Shown here in pieces: positions 1-8,877 of a DNA stretch of 64,000 bases. The position numbers and the translations under genes were made by a program. Under the pieces are notes generated by a model. It had not been told where the DNA came from. It worked only from the letters and a program-made list of their open reading frames with translations, and ran no database searches. The DNA comes from a virus (taxonomy: Duplodnaviria > Caudoviricetes). Position 1 is the stretch's first letter. Each line of letters opens with the position of its first letter. The stretch lies in the IMG/VR virus record IMGVR_UViG_3300023174_000037. One strand, given 5' to 3'.

Positions 1-822
1 AGTATCATAGTATGCAGGATCTGCAAATCCTACCACGTTGGTGTCGGGTCTGGACTTGCCAATAGCACCAGTGTAGTATTTGACTGTTTCGTACCTTACT
101 GTCATTCTGTGATTCATGGTACCAGAATTTTGACTGTAATCGTAGGTGTCGTGTTGCCAGTCAGTGATCAGTGGATTGATCAAGATGTATTCAGAAAACT
201 TTCGTTGATTCATTCCATAGATGCGAATGTCTCTAAAGAACGGAGGTTTGGTATTTCCAGCACCACTTAACGGAACTCCACTGCTGTAACTCTCGCCGAT
301 GTAACCCCAATCGTTGACCACTTGACTTGGATTATAAATGTCTCGGGCATTGTAATTGAAACCAGCAGGCGTACCAATTACCGCGGCCATTTGACCGTTT
401 TGATTGGTTACGTTGTCATATGCTTGACTAGGATCTTTGTAGTAGTATTGAAAATAATTATACCACATGTTACGAATCAAATCACTGCCGTCATCATGAA
501 ATTCAAACACGCAAGGATTGTATTCAATTTTGGTTTGAGCCAGACGTTTACGATTGTATTGATTGAGTGTATCAACACTCATTTGATAACTGGGCAACTG
601 TGCGGTCTTGACCATGAGACCAATTGTAGCAGTATCTTCGTTGGGGAAAGCAGCCTGCAAGGCAGGCACTGCTCGGTTTATAGTAAAGTAAACGTGAAAT
701 AAAAACTTCTGGCGAGGAGCATTTTCATATCCGTTTTGCAGGAATGTCTTGGCAGCATGGGAATAATCTTTTAACCCACTAGCCCCAACAAATCCTTTAA
801 GGAAGTCTTGGCCCCAAGCCAT
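1..822 (-). CDS. Tail tube-like / tube-initiator protein (gp19/gp48/gp54 fold), truncated at the window edge
   Basis: Hand-translated from ATG at 822: MAWGQDFLKG...PRQKFLFHVYFTIN...VKTAQLPSYQMSVDTLNQYNRKRLAQTKIEYNPCVFEFHDD...NPLITDWQHDTYDY...MTVRYETVKY. Open to base 1, directly downstream of the tube gene. Not in the ORF track. Confidence 0.8.
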   Translation of the reverse strand, partial: MAWGQDFLKGFVGASGLKDYSHAAKTFLQNGYENAPRQKFLFHVYFTINRAVPALQAAFPNEDTATIGLMVKTAQLPSYQMSVDTLNQYNRKRLAQTKIEYNPCVFEFHDDGSDLIRNMWYNYFQYYYKDPSQAYDNVTNQNGQMAAVIGTPAGFNYNARDIYNPSQVVNDWGYIGESYSSGVPLSGAGNTKPPFFRDIRIYGMNQRKFSEYILINPLITDWQHDTYDYSQNSGTMNHRMTVRYETVKYYTGAIGKSRPDTNVVGFADPAYYDT

Positions 823-828
823 AATTGA

Positions 829-1452
829 TTAAACGCCTACGCCAGATGCCACGTCGCCGACTGTGCGTCCAATTAATGTACCAACACCTTCTCCTGCCAC
901 TTGGTTTGCATTATCAAATGTAATGTTCATTGTGATAGTGGCTGCTTCACTTGTTCCATAGTTCAAGTCGTTGTAATTGACTGACTTGAGGTAGCAACCG
1001 TATAGTTCCCATGTTTCTAATGCAACAGGAACTGAAGTACCGTTACCACCATCTAGCACTTCAAACACTGTTAAGAATTTATAGTCAATACCCGAAGCAG
1101 CTGATGCCATTTCCATAAAGTCCAATTGTTTTTGTAATTGTTCGCCAACTAATCTAGACACGGCTCCACTGGCATCGTCACGTATGTTACAGGTAGCATC
1201 AGCCCAGGTGTATTTTCCAGCCAACTTGACCGTACTGTTATATATAGGAAGTGCAATTTCTGCAAACTCAACGCTGGGTCTAGTAAAATCAATAACTTGT
1301 TTAGTTAACTCAGTAACTGGTTGACTTACTCCAAAATTCTGAAAAGTAACCCGAAAGCGATACTTTAGTTTTGGCATTAACAAGCCTTGACTTGGAGTGC
1401 TTTGGTTACTGGCCAAAGGCACAGTCATTCTACTTAATGATGAAACAGCCAT
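829..1452 (-). CDS. gp19: Tail tube protein (T4 gp19-like)
   Basis: PKLKYRFRV, FTRPSVEF, W-x-L-x-GC...VNYNDLNY...ITFDNA tube motifs; follows the sheath gene; GGAG SD and TAAATA upstream. Confidence 0.9.
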   Translation of the reverse strand: MAVSSLSRMTVPLASNQSTPSQGLLMPKLKYRFRVTFQNFGVSQPVTELTKQVIDFTRPSVEFAEIALPIYNSTVKLAGKYTWADATCNIRDDASGAVSRLVGEQLQKQLDFMEMASAASGIDYKFLTVFEVLDGGNGTSVPVALETWELYGCYLKSVNYNDLNYGTSEAATITMNITFDNANQVAGEGVGTLIGRTVGDVASGVGV

Positions 1453-1473
1453 GGTATTATCTCCTATATACTT

Positions 1474-1479
1474 TATTTA
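1474..1479 (-). promoter_or_regulatory. T4-type late promoter TAAATA (tube gene)
   Basis: CATAAATA 21 nt upstream of the ATG, followed by a GGAG SD. Confidence 0.75.
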
Positions 1480-1499
1480 TGGTATTCGTTGCCATGGTA

Positions 1500-4400
1500 T
1501 TAACTGGCAGTAGCCACTGTGCTGACACTAGAAGCAATTGCTCCAGTATTCTCAATACGCAACGGAATGTAGATAAATTCAACTGATTTAACTGGTTCAA
1601 TCGCAATATCCACATACAATTCGTTGGCATCAATGGTAGCTGGTGAATTATTGCTCAAATCGCAAACCACCAAGTAGTCGTAGATACCACGTTTTGCTAC
1701 CAAATCAAGCATCAAACTAGTGCAAGCGTTTGTGATTTGATTACGTGTGATTTGATCGTTGGGTTCAAACAAGTATTGATTACCGATTTCTTGTAACCGC
1801 CCACGGATAAATGCAACCAAACGTGCCACGTTGATACGATCCAGTGCAGAAGAAACGTTAGTAGCGGTCTTGTTACCAAAGTTGGTAATACCAACACCTG
1901 GAACAAACGTAATTGGGTTGATATCCAGTTGATACAATACGTCTCTCAGGGATTGACTTACCCCAATGGTTATAAATTCGCCAGTCTGACCATTTACATA
2001 ACCCAACAAGGCCGCATTGTCAATAACTCCACGCAGGGTTCCAGCCGGCGCTAACCAAGGATATGCAATTTCGTCACTACGAATAATTGTGCGAATCATC
2101 ATATGACTGGGTGGCTGAACCACTGGGCTACCCGACAAATCAGTAGTTTGGCAACTTGGATAGAATACACCCAAATATGGGTCAAAAGATCCTTGTCCAT
2201 CATTTGTGACTAATCCAGCGCCGCCGTTGTTTGAATGCCAGGTAGAGAGTGAAGTGCTGTCTGGTCCAAGACGTAATGGAGTGTCGCCAATTACAAAAGC
2301 TGTGTTTTTACGGTCATTGTTGAGTTCAACCATGTTGGTCATTAACTCGGGATACTGCGGACAAGCAATCAAATTAAACTGACGTTGTTCTTCTCGAATT
2401 TGCTGATTAGAATCTATTCCACTCTTGAGAGCGGCAACAATGATAGCACGTTGAGCCAATCGACCCATGTATGGGGATCCATCATTTCTATTACCACTGG
2501 CAGTGACCCAAGTATTAACCGTTCCGTTTTCAGCAGTTAACGAATACCAGTAAGTAGTATTGCTTGGTAGGTTTCCAGTTGAACTTTGTTTTGCCACATA
2601 AATTACACCATTGTAGTTAACAAAATCGTTGTAAACATATGCAGTAGTGTTGCTGTATACTGGAATATCAAAACTAGAAGTATTAAAATAATCTCCTTGG
2701 AACTCTTTTACATTAAATCCGCTTCTACGTGTGTTCCACAACAAAGTTCCTTGAGCATATAGTGTAGGTTCTGGAGCATCCAAGTCTAAGTAATTGCTAG
2801 TTAATAAACTAGTAATTGATGGTAACGCATCAGTGACCGGGTTGGCCTGACCGTTTGATGACCAACGAGCGTCAGCAAATACAATACCATTTTGTGTTGT
2901 TTGATCTGTGTTGTTAATTGTTACCCACTGATCTACTCCTTCTATATTACTCCAACGATTGATCAATGGATAGTTTTCTAAATCACTAGTGTCAATCCAT
3001 AAATCACCATACACCAATGGGCTTGCCGCTGTATTAGTTTGTGTGGTAGGAGCTGTGGTACTGAATATAGGACCTGTGGCATTGGTTAACGAAAGATTAT
3101 CACCACGAACATCATTGGTTACGTTTTGATAGCCTACCCATGCACCGTTGTTTTGAATCATGATGTCGGCTTGAGTAGTTGCTGAGTAATACCAATAAGC
3201 GCCATTAGCTGGATCTTGGTCTGGAGATGTACCACTGGCTGTGTAAGTAAATGTTGGCGAAGTTACCCAATAACTTAATACCAATCTACCACCATTTCCA
3301 GCACGACAGAATTGAGTGCTAGTGGTAAATCCAGCAGTTGTAACCGGGGTTCCTGTTAGATTTAACAAGGTAATATTGCCGCCTGCACTGTGAGTAAACA
3401 CAATTGCTCCTGCACTATTTACTGACGCACTTACATACGATGCAAATGTAGAACTACCAACTGCAGCACTAACTGCTGTCAAAAAGTCAGCTACAGTTGT
3501 TCCAGCCAACGTTGCTGTTACCGCGGGCGCAACCGCGGCTTGACCCGGAATAGTTGCAGAAATACTAAATGTATTCCCATTTGTAAACGGACCTGGTGTG
3601 TCATCTGATCCAGTTACAACTGTGGCTCCTGCAGAATATTTTTCAAACAGTTGGAGTCCCAATGTAGCCGGAGTGTTGAACTCTGGATTGATTACAGCTA
3701 CAGTTGTTCCAGCTGGAATATTTGTGCCACCACCAGATGGATCTAATGTGTAGGTGGCTTCATTTGCCGTTGTATATATGTTACATGCTTGTTGAACAAA
3801 AGTGCCCAATAGTGTGCTGTATTTTTTAAATGATAAATTAGCACCAAGATTTACACTGTTGGTACGTTGCCATACAGAACCAGTTGGTCTTGGTGTAGTG
3901 TCTGTGGATCTCCAACGTGGTGCTGAAAAGTTAGGAGCAGCTAAAAATGTAGGAGCATTATAAGTTCCGGCTGTAATTCCCAAATCTGCTAACACTGTTC
4001 CAGTACCTGCAGCAATAACAACATTACCAGCGGCATTATTAGCTGAATTGTCAGCGTAAATTTGTAATTTACCATCAACGTAGGCCGAATAAACACCAGT
4101 GATATTTCCTGAGTTAATAACGTTAGCAAACCCAGCTACTGTGTTGAGTGGACTAGCAGGAACTGTGATTGTGGTGCTGTTAATGGTGCATGTATTATTA
4201 GCAGTTAGTGTGGTCGGTGCCAGTGTACCTTGTATTGTAGTCCATGCTGTTTGCCAATCTGCACTGCCGACTTCAACCCAGGTATTGTAAGCGTCAGACA
4301 ATTGAGTAGAAGATGTTTGACTTGTAGTAGGGCCACCGCGCTTGTAATAACCAGGATTATTGACGTTAGTCGCAGTGATAGCATAATCACCAATGGATCC

Positions 4401-4943
4401 AATACTTTGTAACGGCACAGTTGACGCATTTTCAAGTTGAGTGGTATCTGTAATCACCAATGGAATTTGATTGGTGAAGGCAGCGGTAGTTTGATTCCAT
4501 TGGAACAATCCCCATAGACTGTTGGTTGTGTCTAACCAGTAAGTTCCATTAGGCGGAGTACCAACTGGACGAGTTAAGCTGGCTGTCAATGCAGACAAGT
4601 CAACATCAACACGTTGAACATACGCACGATTGGTAATGCCCAATGCGCTGTAAGCAGCCAATAAGCCGTATTCGTTCAGCTCGTAACCATTGATTGGCGT
4701 GCCAGCTGTGGTTTTATAAAAGAACGGAACACCAAACGTTGCAGATAAATCACGCTGGCTAGTAATTAAATATACTCTGTTAGCATTAGCTTGTAGTGTA
4801 CCTGCAGCAACACCTACGCCAGTGCCAGAAACTTTGTTCTGTGCAGTGGCAAGTAAAATATAAGGAACCGAGTTAACAGCGGCTGGTATATATTGACTTT
4901 CGTCAACAACTGTAACTTGAACGCCTGGTGATAAAAGTGCCAT
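1500..4943 (-). CDS. gp18: Tail sheath protein (T4 gp18-like), enlarged by insertions
   Basis: LLSPGVQVTVVDES N-terminus; PWLAPAG-x-RG, INPITFVPG, GNKT, ALDRINVARL, FEPND sheath C-terminal motifs. Confidence 0.95.
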   Translation of the reverse strand: MALLSPGVQVTVVDESQYIPAAVNSVPYILLATAQNKVSGTGVGVAAGTLQANANRVYLITSQRDLSATFGVPFFYKTTAGTPINGYELNEYGLLAAYSALGITNRAYVQRVDVDLSALTASLTRPVGTPPNGTYWLDTTNSLWGLFQWNQTTAAFTNQIPLVITDTTQLENASTVPLQSIGSIGDYAITATNVNNPGYYKRGGPTTSQTSSTQLSDAYNTWVEVGSADWQTAWTTIQGTLAPTTLTANNTCTINSTTITVPASPLNTVAGFANVINSGNITGVYSAYVDGKLQIYADNSANNAAGNVVIAAGTGTVLADLGITAGTYNAPTFLAAPNFSAPRWRSTDTTPRPTGSVWQRTNSVNLGANLSFKKYSTLLGTFVQQACNIYTTANEATYTLDPSGGGTNIPAGTTVAVINPEFNTPATLGLQLFEKYSAGATVVTGSDDTPGPFTNGNTFSISATIPGQAAVAPAVTATLAGTTVADFLTAVSAAVGSSTFASYVSASVNSAGAIVFTHSAGGNITLLNLTGTPVTTAGFTTSTQFCRAGNGGRLVLSYWVTSPTFTYTASGTSPDQDPANGAYWYYSATTQADIMIQNNGAWVGYQNVTNDVRGDNLSLTNATGPIFSTTAPTTQTNTAASPLVYGDLWIDTSDLENYPLINRWSNIEGVDQWVTINNTDQTTQNGIVFADARWSSNGQANPVTDALPSITSLLTSNYLDLDAPEPTLYAQGTLLWNTRRSGFNVKEFQGDYFNTSSFDIPVYSNTTAYVYNDFVNYNGVIYVAKQSSTGNLPSNTTYWYSLTAENGTVNTWVTASGNRNDGSPYMGRLAQRAIIVAALKSGIDSNQQIREEQRQFNLIACPQYPELMTNMVELNNDRKNTAFVIGDTPLRLGPDSTSLSTWHSNNGGAGLVTNDGQGSFDPYLGVFYPSCQTTDLSGSPVVQPPSHMMIRTIIRSDEIAYPWLAPAGTLRGVIDNAALLGYVNGQTGEFITIGVSQSLRDVLYQLDINPITFVPGVGITNFGNKTATNVSSALDRINVARLVAFIRGRLQEIGNQYLFEPNDQITRNQITNACTSLMLDLVAKRGIYDYLVVCDLSNNSPATIDANELYVDIAIEPVKSVEFIYIPLRIENTGAIASSVSTVATAS

Positions 4944-4971
4944 AGTGAAAATCCTTTTTTCTAGTTATTAA

Positions 4972-4979
4972 TATTTATA
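4972..4979 (-). promoter_or_regulatory. T4-type late promoter TATAAATA (sheath gene)
   Basis: Exact T4 late consensus. The same TAAATA core also occurs at 5032(+), 7358(-), 8865(+), 13549/13553(-), 22040(-), 26255(-), 26370(-), 28076(-), 29447(-), 30562(-), 30606(+), 32598(-), 36553(-), 38705(-), 43224(-), 53093(-), 53159(+), 61727(+) and 62136(+). Confidence 0.85.
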
Positions 4980-5041
4980 TCAAAAGACAAAAACAAGAGG
5001 TAATTAAGGCCTTTGGTAAAGGTTTTCGTGGTAAATATATC

Positions 5042-5389
5042 ATGATTAGACCCATTTGTCCGGCATGTCGCCAGCGACCTTGCGCCATCAATTACTATCG
5101 TGACGAAGTCACACACTATCGAAATCGGTGTGGGCAATGCATTGCTAAAAATCGTAGTATTAAACCACCCGAACCCAGGTGGAAGACTGCAGGTTACAAG
5201 AAAAAGCCTGCATGTGATCGTTGCAGTTTTAGATCACGTTATGCCAGTCAACTACTGGTTTATCATGTGGATGGCAACCAGCATAACACTACTCTACGCA
5301 ATTTAAAAACCGTATGTTTAAATTGTGTAGAGGAAATTAAACGGATGGACCGTCCTTGGGTGCCTGGTGAGCTAGAACCAGATCTTTAA
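5042..5389 (+). CDS. Zn-binding HNH endonuclease-like protein
   Basis: Four CxxC pairs and YHVDGNQHNTTLRNLKTVCLNC; TAAATA 4 nt upstream. Confidence 0.7.
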   Translation: MIRPICPACRQRPCAINYYRDEVTHYRNRCGQCIAKNRSIKPPEPRWKTAGYKKKPACDRCSFRSRYASQLLVYHVDGNQHNTTLRNLKTVCLNCVEEIKRMDRPWVPGELEPDL

Positions 5390-6005
5390 TCTGACTGTAA
5401 AGACGATCTAACCCGTCGGCATTGTTGTCAATCACAGCATCAAATTTGGTACCAATCCAAGCAGTTTCACTGGCATGAACTTTGGATCTTTCTAGCTGTT
5501 CTCGGCTTAATGCCCATGTTATATTACCAACCGGCCCACGGTTTAAACTCAAGGCCGCATCATACCACGCAGGTTCTGGGCCACGAACCACACGAATAAC
5601 AATGCCACCAGCATTTCTAATACTTTTAATTTCATTAGGAAAACGGCAGTCTGAAATTACTACATCATCCGTTGTTTTTCTAAGTTTATTTTCTAAGGCT
5701 GCAATCCAGATATCATCGTGAAAGCTTCTACGGGCAACTTCGGTCCCCCATACTTGTAACACATGCCTGGGAGTAAGGTGTGGCATTTTTAAACGGTCTG
5801 CCCACCATGGATCAACTTGCTCACGCCAGTGCCTGGACTCTTTAGTGCGGCCTTCAAGCAGTTCACGGTCCCAGCCAAATATTTGGGCTACCGCATCTTT
5901 AAGACTGTGGGCAAAACTTTCTCTTCGAAATTGATGTATGTTTTGCAAGTAGTCTGCTATGGTATCTTTACCACTTCCAATCAATCCACAAATTCCAATA
6001 ATCAT
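5337..6005 (-). CDS. Deoxynucleoside monophosphate kinase (T4 gp1-like)
   Basis: P-loop GLIGSGKDT, FAHSLKDAV, PRHVLQVWGTE, VVISDCRFPNE, HASE. Confidence 0.9.
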   Translation of the reverse strand: MIIGICGLIGSGKDTIADYLQNIHQFRRESFAHSLKDAVAQIFGWDRELLEGRTKESRHWREQVDPWWADRLKMPHLTPRHVLQVWGTEVARRSFHDDIWIAALENKLRKTTDDVVISDCRFPNEIKSIRNAGGIVIRVVRGPEPAWYDAALSLNRGPVGNITWALSREQLERSKVHASETAWIGTKFDAVIDNNADGLDRLYSQIKDLVLAHQAPKDGPSV

Positions 6006-6523
6006 GATAACGCCTTTACATTTAATTGTTTGAGAGTCAGTTGTAGCATGTCAATCTGCCTGCGACAGTCTTCCAACGCATGGTGTGTTGTTGGTGGTTT
6101 AGGCAGTTCTGGCCATAAACTAAAAACGGTGCGACTATCACGCACATTATAGAACTGCCACGGAATAGGCTTGCCATAACTTTTATACGCATGTTCAAGT
6201 ATGTTCATATCATATGTTGGACCTTGCGCCCACACTCGCTTGGCATGCCATACCAATTTGCCTAGACTATCCAGGGCCTGATCTAGGTCAATTCGTCCAC
6301 CTTCCATAAACGCTTCGTCACGAGCAGCCGCGGGTTGAGTAGCCCACCAGTCAATGGTGCCTTGTTGTATGCTACGGTTTTCTTGGCTTTCTAGTGTAAC
6401 ACGGGCATAATATTGTTGGTTATAATAACCAGAGCCAAACGGATCAAATGCCTGAGCGGCAATAGTTAGAATAGTAGTGTCGGGGCCTGTTCCAAGGCCT
6501 TCCAAGTCAATCATTAGGTCCAT
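6002..6523 (-). CDS. DEDDh 3'-5' exonuclease/exoribonuclease (phage, Rv2179c-like)
   Basis: MIDLE, WAQGPTYDMNIL, RDSRT, HHALEDCRRQ motifs. Confidence 0.85.
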   Translation of the reverse strand: MDLMIDLEGLGTGPDTTILTIAAQAFDPFGSGYYNQQYYARVTLESQENRSIQQGTIDWWATQPAAARDEAFMEGGRIDLDQALDSLGKLVWHAKRVWAQGPTYDMNILEHAYKSYGKPIPWQFYNVRDSRTVFSLWPELPKPPTTHHALEDCRRQIDMLQLTLKQLNVKALS

Positions 6524-6529
6524 ACTATG

Positions 6530-6558
6530 ATTATAGCAGGATTTTAGAACAAAGTCTA
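6530..6558 (-). promoter_or_regulatory. Sigma70-type promoter (TAGACT-N17-TATAAT) for the exonuclease/kinase genes
   Basis: Read directly; ATG lies 6 nt after the -10 box. Confidence 0.7.
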
Positions 6559-6565
6559 GTGTGTA

Positions 6566-7336
6566 TTAACCAATTACCCAGGTAAGTGGTTGTGAACCAT
6601 CTACATATCGGCGTAGATCTTCTAGCAGAGCATCCATTTGGGTTTGCGCTTCGGCTTTCATTGCGGTGCCGTTAAGTGTGCCACCACCCTGTGGGCCAGC
6701 AATTGTGCCAAATTTCTCACGTGCTTCGCCAATGATCATTTTGCAGGCTGCAACCATATAATCTCGAATCCATTGTTGGATTTGGAAATCACTGAGTAAA
6801 TTGAATTCGGGTTTTAAATTATAAGTCCACATCAACACCGCTTCACCTGTACCCTTTGGATCACGGATCAACTGTAATTTTTTAGTTACTGGATTGTAAG
6901 TGTAGTTCATGTAGGCACCAAACATACGTCCAGCTAACTCCACATACTGACTATAGAAATCGTAAGTTGCAAGTCCACCGGCCACGTTGAAGTTCATTAG
7001 ATACACGTTCATACTTGCTTGACTAAATGGATCAAAGTTGCTGGCAAACGGGCCAGTTGAATCACCAAAGGTTCTACGGAAAATTTGTCTGACAGTAATA
7101 ACTTCTTGTGGCATATCATAGATATTGACATTGGTTACCAATTCTAAAAAGCTGTAGCTTTCTTCGTAGGCGTTTTGTGCCCGTTGCCGGTACACACCAA
7201 TGGTGCGTTGATACGCCGCTTCGTAATGTTCAGCATCTAATTCAAGATCAATGATCTGTGAGCCCAATTGTAATTGGACATAATCAAAAAGATTCTGTTT
7301 TAAAGTGTCTAGACTAGCTTGATTTTCTAAGGCCAT
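6566..7336 (-). CDS. gp13: Neck / head-tail adaptor protein (T4 gp13-like)
   Basis: LGSQIIDLELD-x-EHY, WIRDY-x-VA-x-CK-x-IIGEAREKF, GG-x-LNG-x-AMKAEA motifs. Confidence 0.85.
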   Translation of the reverse strand: MALENQASLDTLKQNLFDYVQLQLGSQIIDLELDAEHYEAAYQRTIGVYRQRAQNAYEESYSFLELVTNVNIYDMPQEVITVRQIFRRTFGDSTGPFASNFDPFSQASMNVYLMNFNVAGGLATYDFYSQYVELAGRMFGAYMNYTYNPVTKKLQLIRDPKGTGEAVLMWTYNLKPEFNLLSDFQIQQWIRDYMVAACKMIIGEAREKFGTIAGPQGGGTLNGTAMKAEAQTQMDALLEDLRRYVDGSQPLTWVIG

Positions 7337-7369
7337 GTAGGGAAGCTCCGTTCCCTGTATTTAGTAGTT

Positions 7370-8536
7370 TTACCAAGCCCAAAGGATGATTAAATTATCG
7401 TTGCCGCGACCGTTCCATTTGGTTTCTGTAGCATTAATTGCCGCAAATGCTTTACGAGCAGCGGGTTTTCCAACACTTGTAATGGTTTTAAGTTGTTCTG
7501 CAGGTTTACGCAAAGTTTTTTGCACAGTTTGTTGAGCATCAAATCCTACCACAGACGATCCTTTTACTGAAAATGTTCCTATGTGACTGTCCGCCACAAC
7601 GTGGACCAGTTTACGTTTGGCTGTGTCATATAGCCAAGCTTCGCTAGCGCCAACCAGCTTGACTACCGGTTCTGATTTGAGTTTAAGATCTGCAAACTCT
7701 CGGAGGAACTTAAAACTACGAGTCAATTTCTCAGGACTTACGGCTTTCTTGGCACGTGGCTTGCGTTCTACCTTTTTAAGTTGAACATAGCTGTTGCAGT
7801 CATTGATTACCGTTTCGCAGAACTTTACACAATTACGAAGTTGTATTTTTGTGAGATGACTGTAGCCTTCAACCAACTGATCATCTTTGCCTTCTAACAC
7901 TTCATTAAATTCAGCCAGTCGTAATTCCCAAACTCGTGTCACAGTGCTGATCATGTTAGGGCTGATATTCATGCCGCGCATCAACCCAATGGGTTTGAAA
8001 TCCGCCGACATTTTTGCACCAGCATCAATGAAATCATCAAACATGCCTTCAAGTTCTCCACAGCAGTCTGATATTTTTTCACGCAGGTGATCTTGAATTG
8101 TAAGTTTTGCCACAGCGGCATCAGCATCAACTTCGGACTGCGCTTTCTTAGCTTCTTGTTTTACATTGAGCATTTGTGTGATATCGTTATCAATAATGCT
8201 TTGTTCGTGTTCCGTAAGCGCCAGTCCAAGCAAGGTCATGCGGCAGACCCAAGCCGGTGTAATACGAATTTGACTATCTGGAACGCCGCGCATTGTTTTA
8301 GCGTCTTTTGTTCGACCATTATGCTCTAAATAATGACACAGCATGTCTTTGGCATCTTTTTTACCATAGTGGTAATTGTACCAGGCAAATGCATTAGCCA
8401 GTGCGCTGATGCGATTTTCATCTGCGGGTTGCGTTTTCCATTCGGGTTCAAACCCTATGTATTTGGTTTCAGCACCCTTGGGGTTTAGTCGTTTGATTTC
8501 AGTTGTTTTAGCCATAGTCGTCGTTGTTTTTACCAT
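7370..8536 (-). CDS. Hypothetical protein, probably early-expressed
   Basis: Long ORF; start moved to 8536 because the track's upstream extension is the promoter itself. No family recognised. Confidence 0.75.
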   Translation of the reverse strand: MVKTTTTMAKTTEIKRLNPKGAETKYIGFEPEWKTQPADENRISALANAFAWYNYHYGKKDAKDMLCHYLEHNGRTKDAKTMRGVPDSQIRITPAWVCRMTLLGLALTEHEQSIIDNDITQMLNVKQEAKKAQSEVDADAAVAKLTIQDHLREKISDCCGELEGMFDDFIDAGAKMSADFKPIGLMRGMNISPNMISTVTRVWELRLAEFNEVLEGKDDQLVEGYSHLTKIQLRNCVKFCETVINDCNSYVQLKKVERKPRAKKAVSPEKLTRSFKFLREFADLKLKSEPVVKLVGASEAWLYDTAKRKLVHVVADSHIGTFSVKGSSVVGFDAQQTVQKTLRKPAEQLKTITSVGKPAARKAFAAINATETKWNGRGNDNLIILWAW

Positions 8537-8542
8537 GTGTGT

Positions 8543-8571
8543 ATTATATGTGAAAATTGCTCGTTTGTCAA
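8543..8571 (-). promoter_or_regulatory. Perfect sigma70 consensus promoter TTGACA-N17-TATAAT
   Basis: tgtcaa at 8566-8571 and attata at 8543-8548, 17-nt spacer; ATG 6 nt downstream. Confidence 0.9.
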
Positions 8572-8819
8572 CCGAGCAGATTAGCAAAGGTTATGTGCTG
8601 TTCTAAATTTGTAAGTAATTCTTTTACTTTTTGAACCAATTCTCTATAGCGTGATGTTTCTCGATGCAGTCTGCGGCATTCTACACTTTCCATATCAGCG
8701 GCCACAATAGCTTGGTCCACAGCACGAACCATTTTTAACAGGTCTTTTCGAGCCACCTTATTTTTAACGTTGGCAATGGCTCGTTCTGCCCGGTCTAAGC
8801 GTTGAAATAGTTCGTCCAT
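8568..8819 (-). CDS. Small helical hypothetical protein
   Basis: MDELFQRLDRAE... coiled-coil-like; start placed at the second Met. Confidence 0.65.
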   Translation of the reverse strand: MDELFQRLDRAERAIANVKNKVARKDLLKMVRAVDQAIVAADMESVECRRLHRETSRYRELVQKVKELLTNLEQHITFANLLG

Positions 8820-8877
8820 GTTTGTAATTATACGAGCTTTTGAATTACAAGTCAATCAAACCCATAAATACATAACT

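Noticed and set aside
322-702. 126-aa plus-strand ORF, and similar short ORFs opposite the sheath, gp46, 53568 gene and gp6
   Set aside because: Each overlaps a longer, motif-bearing gene on the opposite strand.
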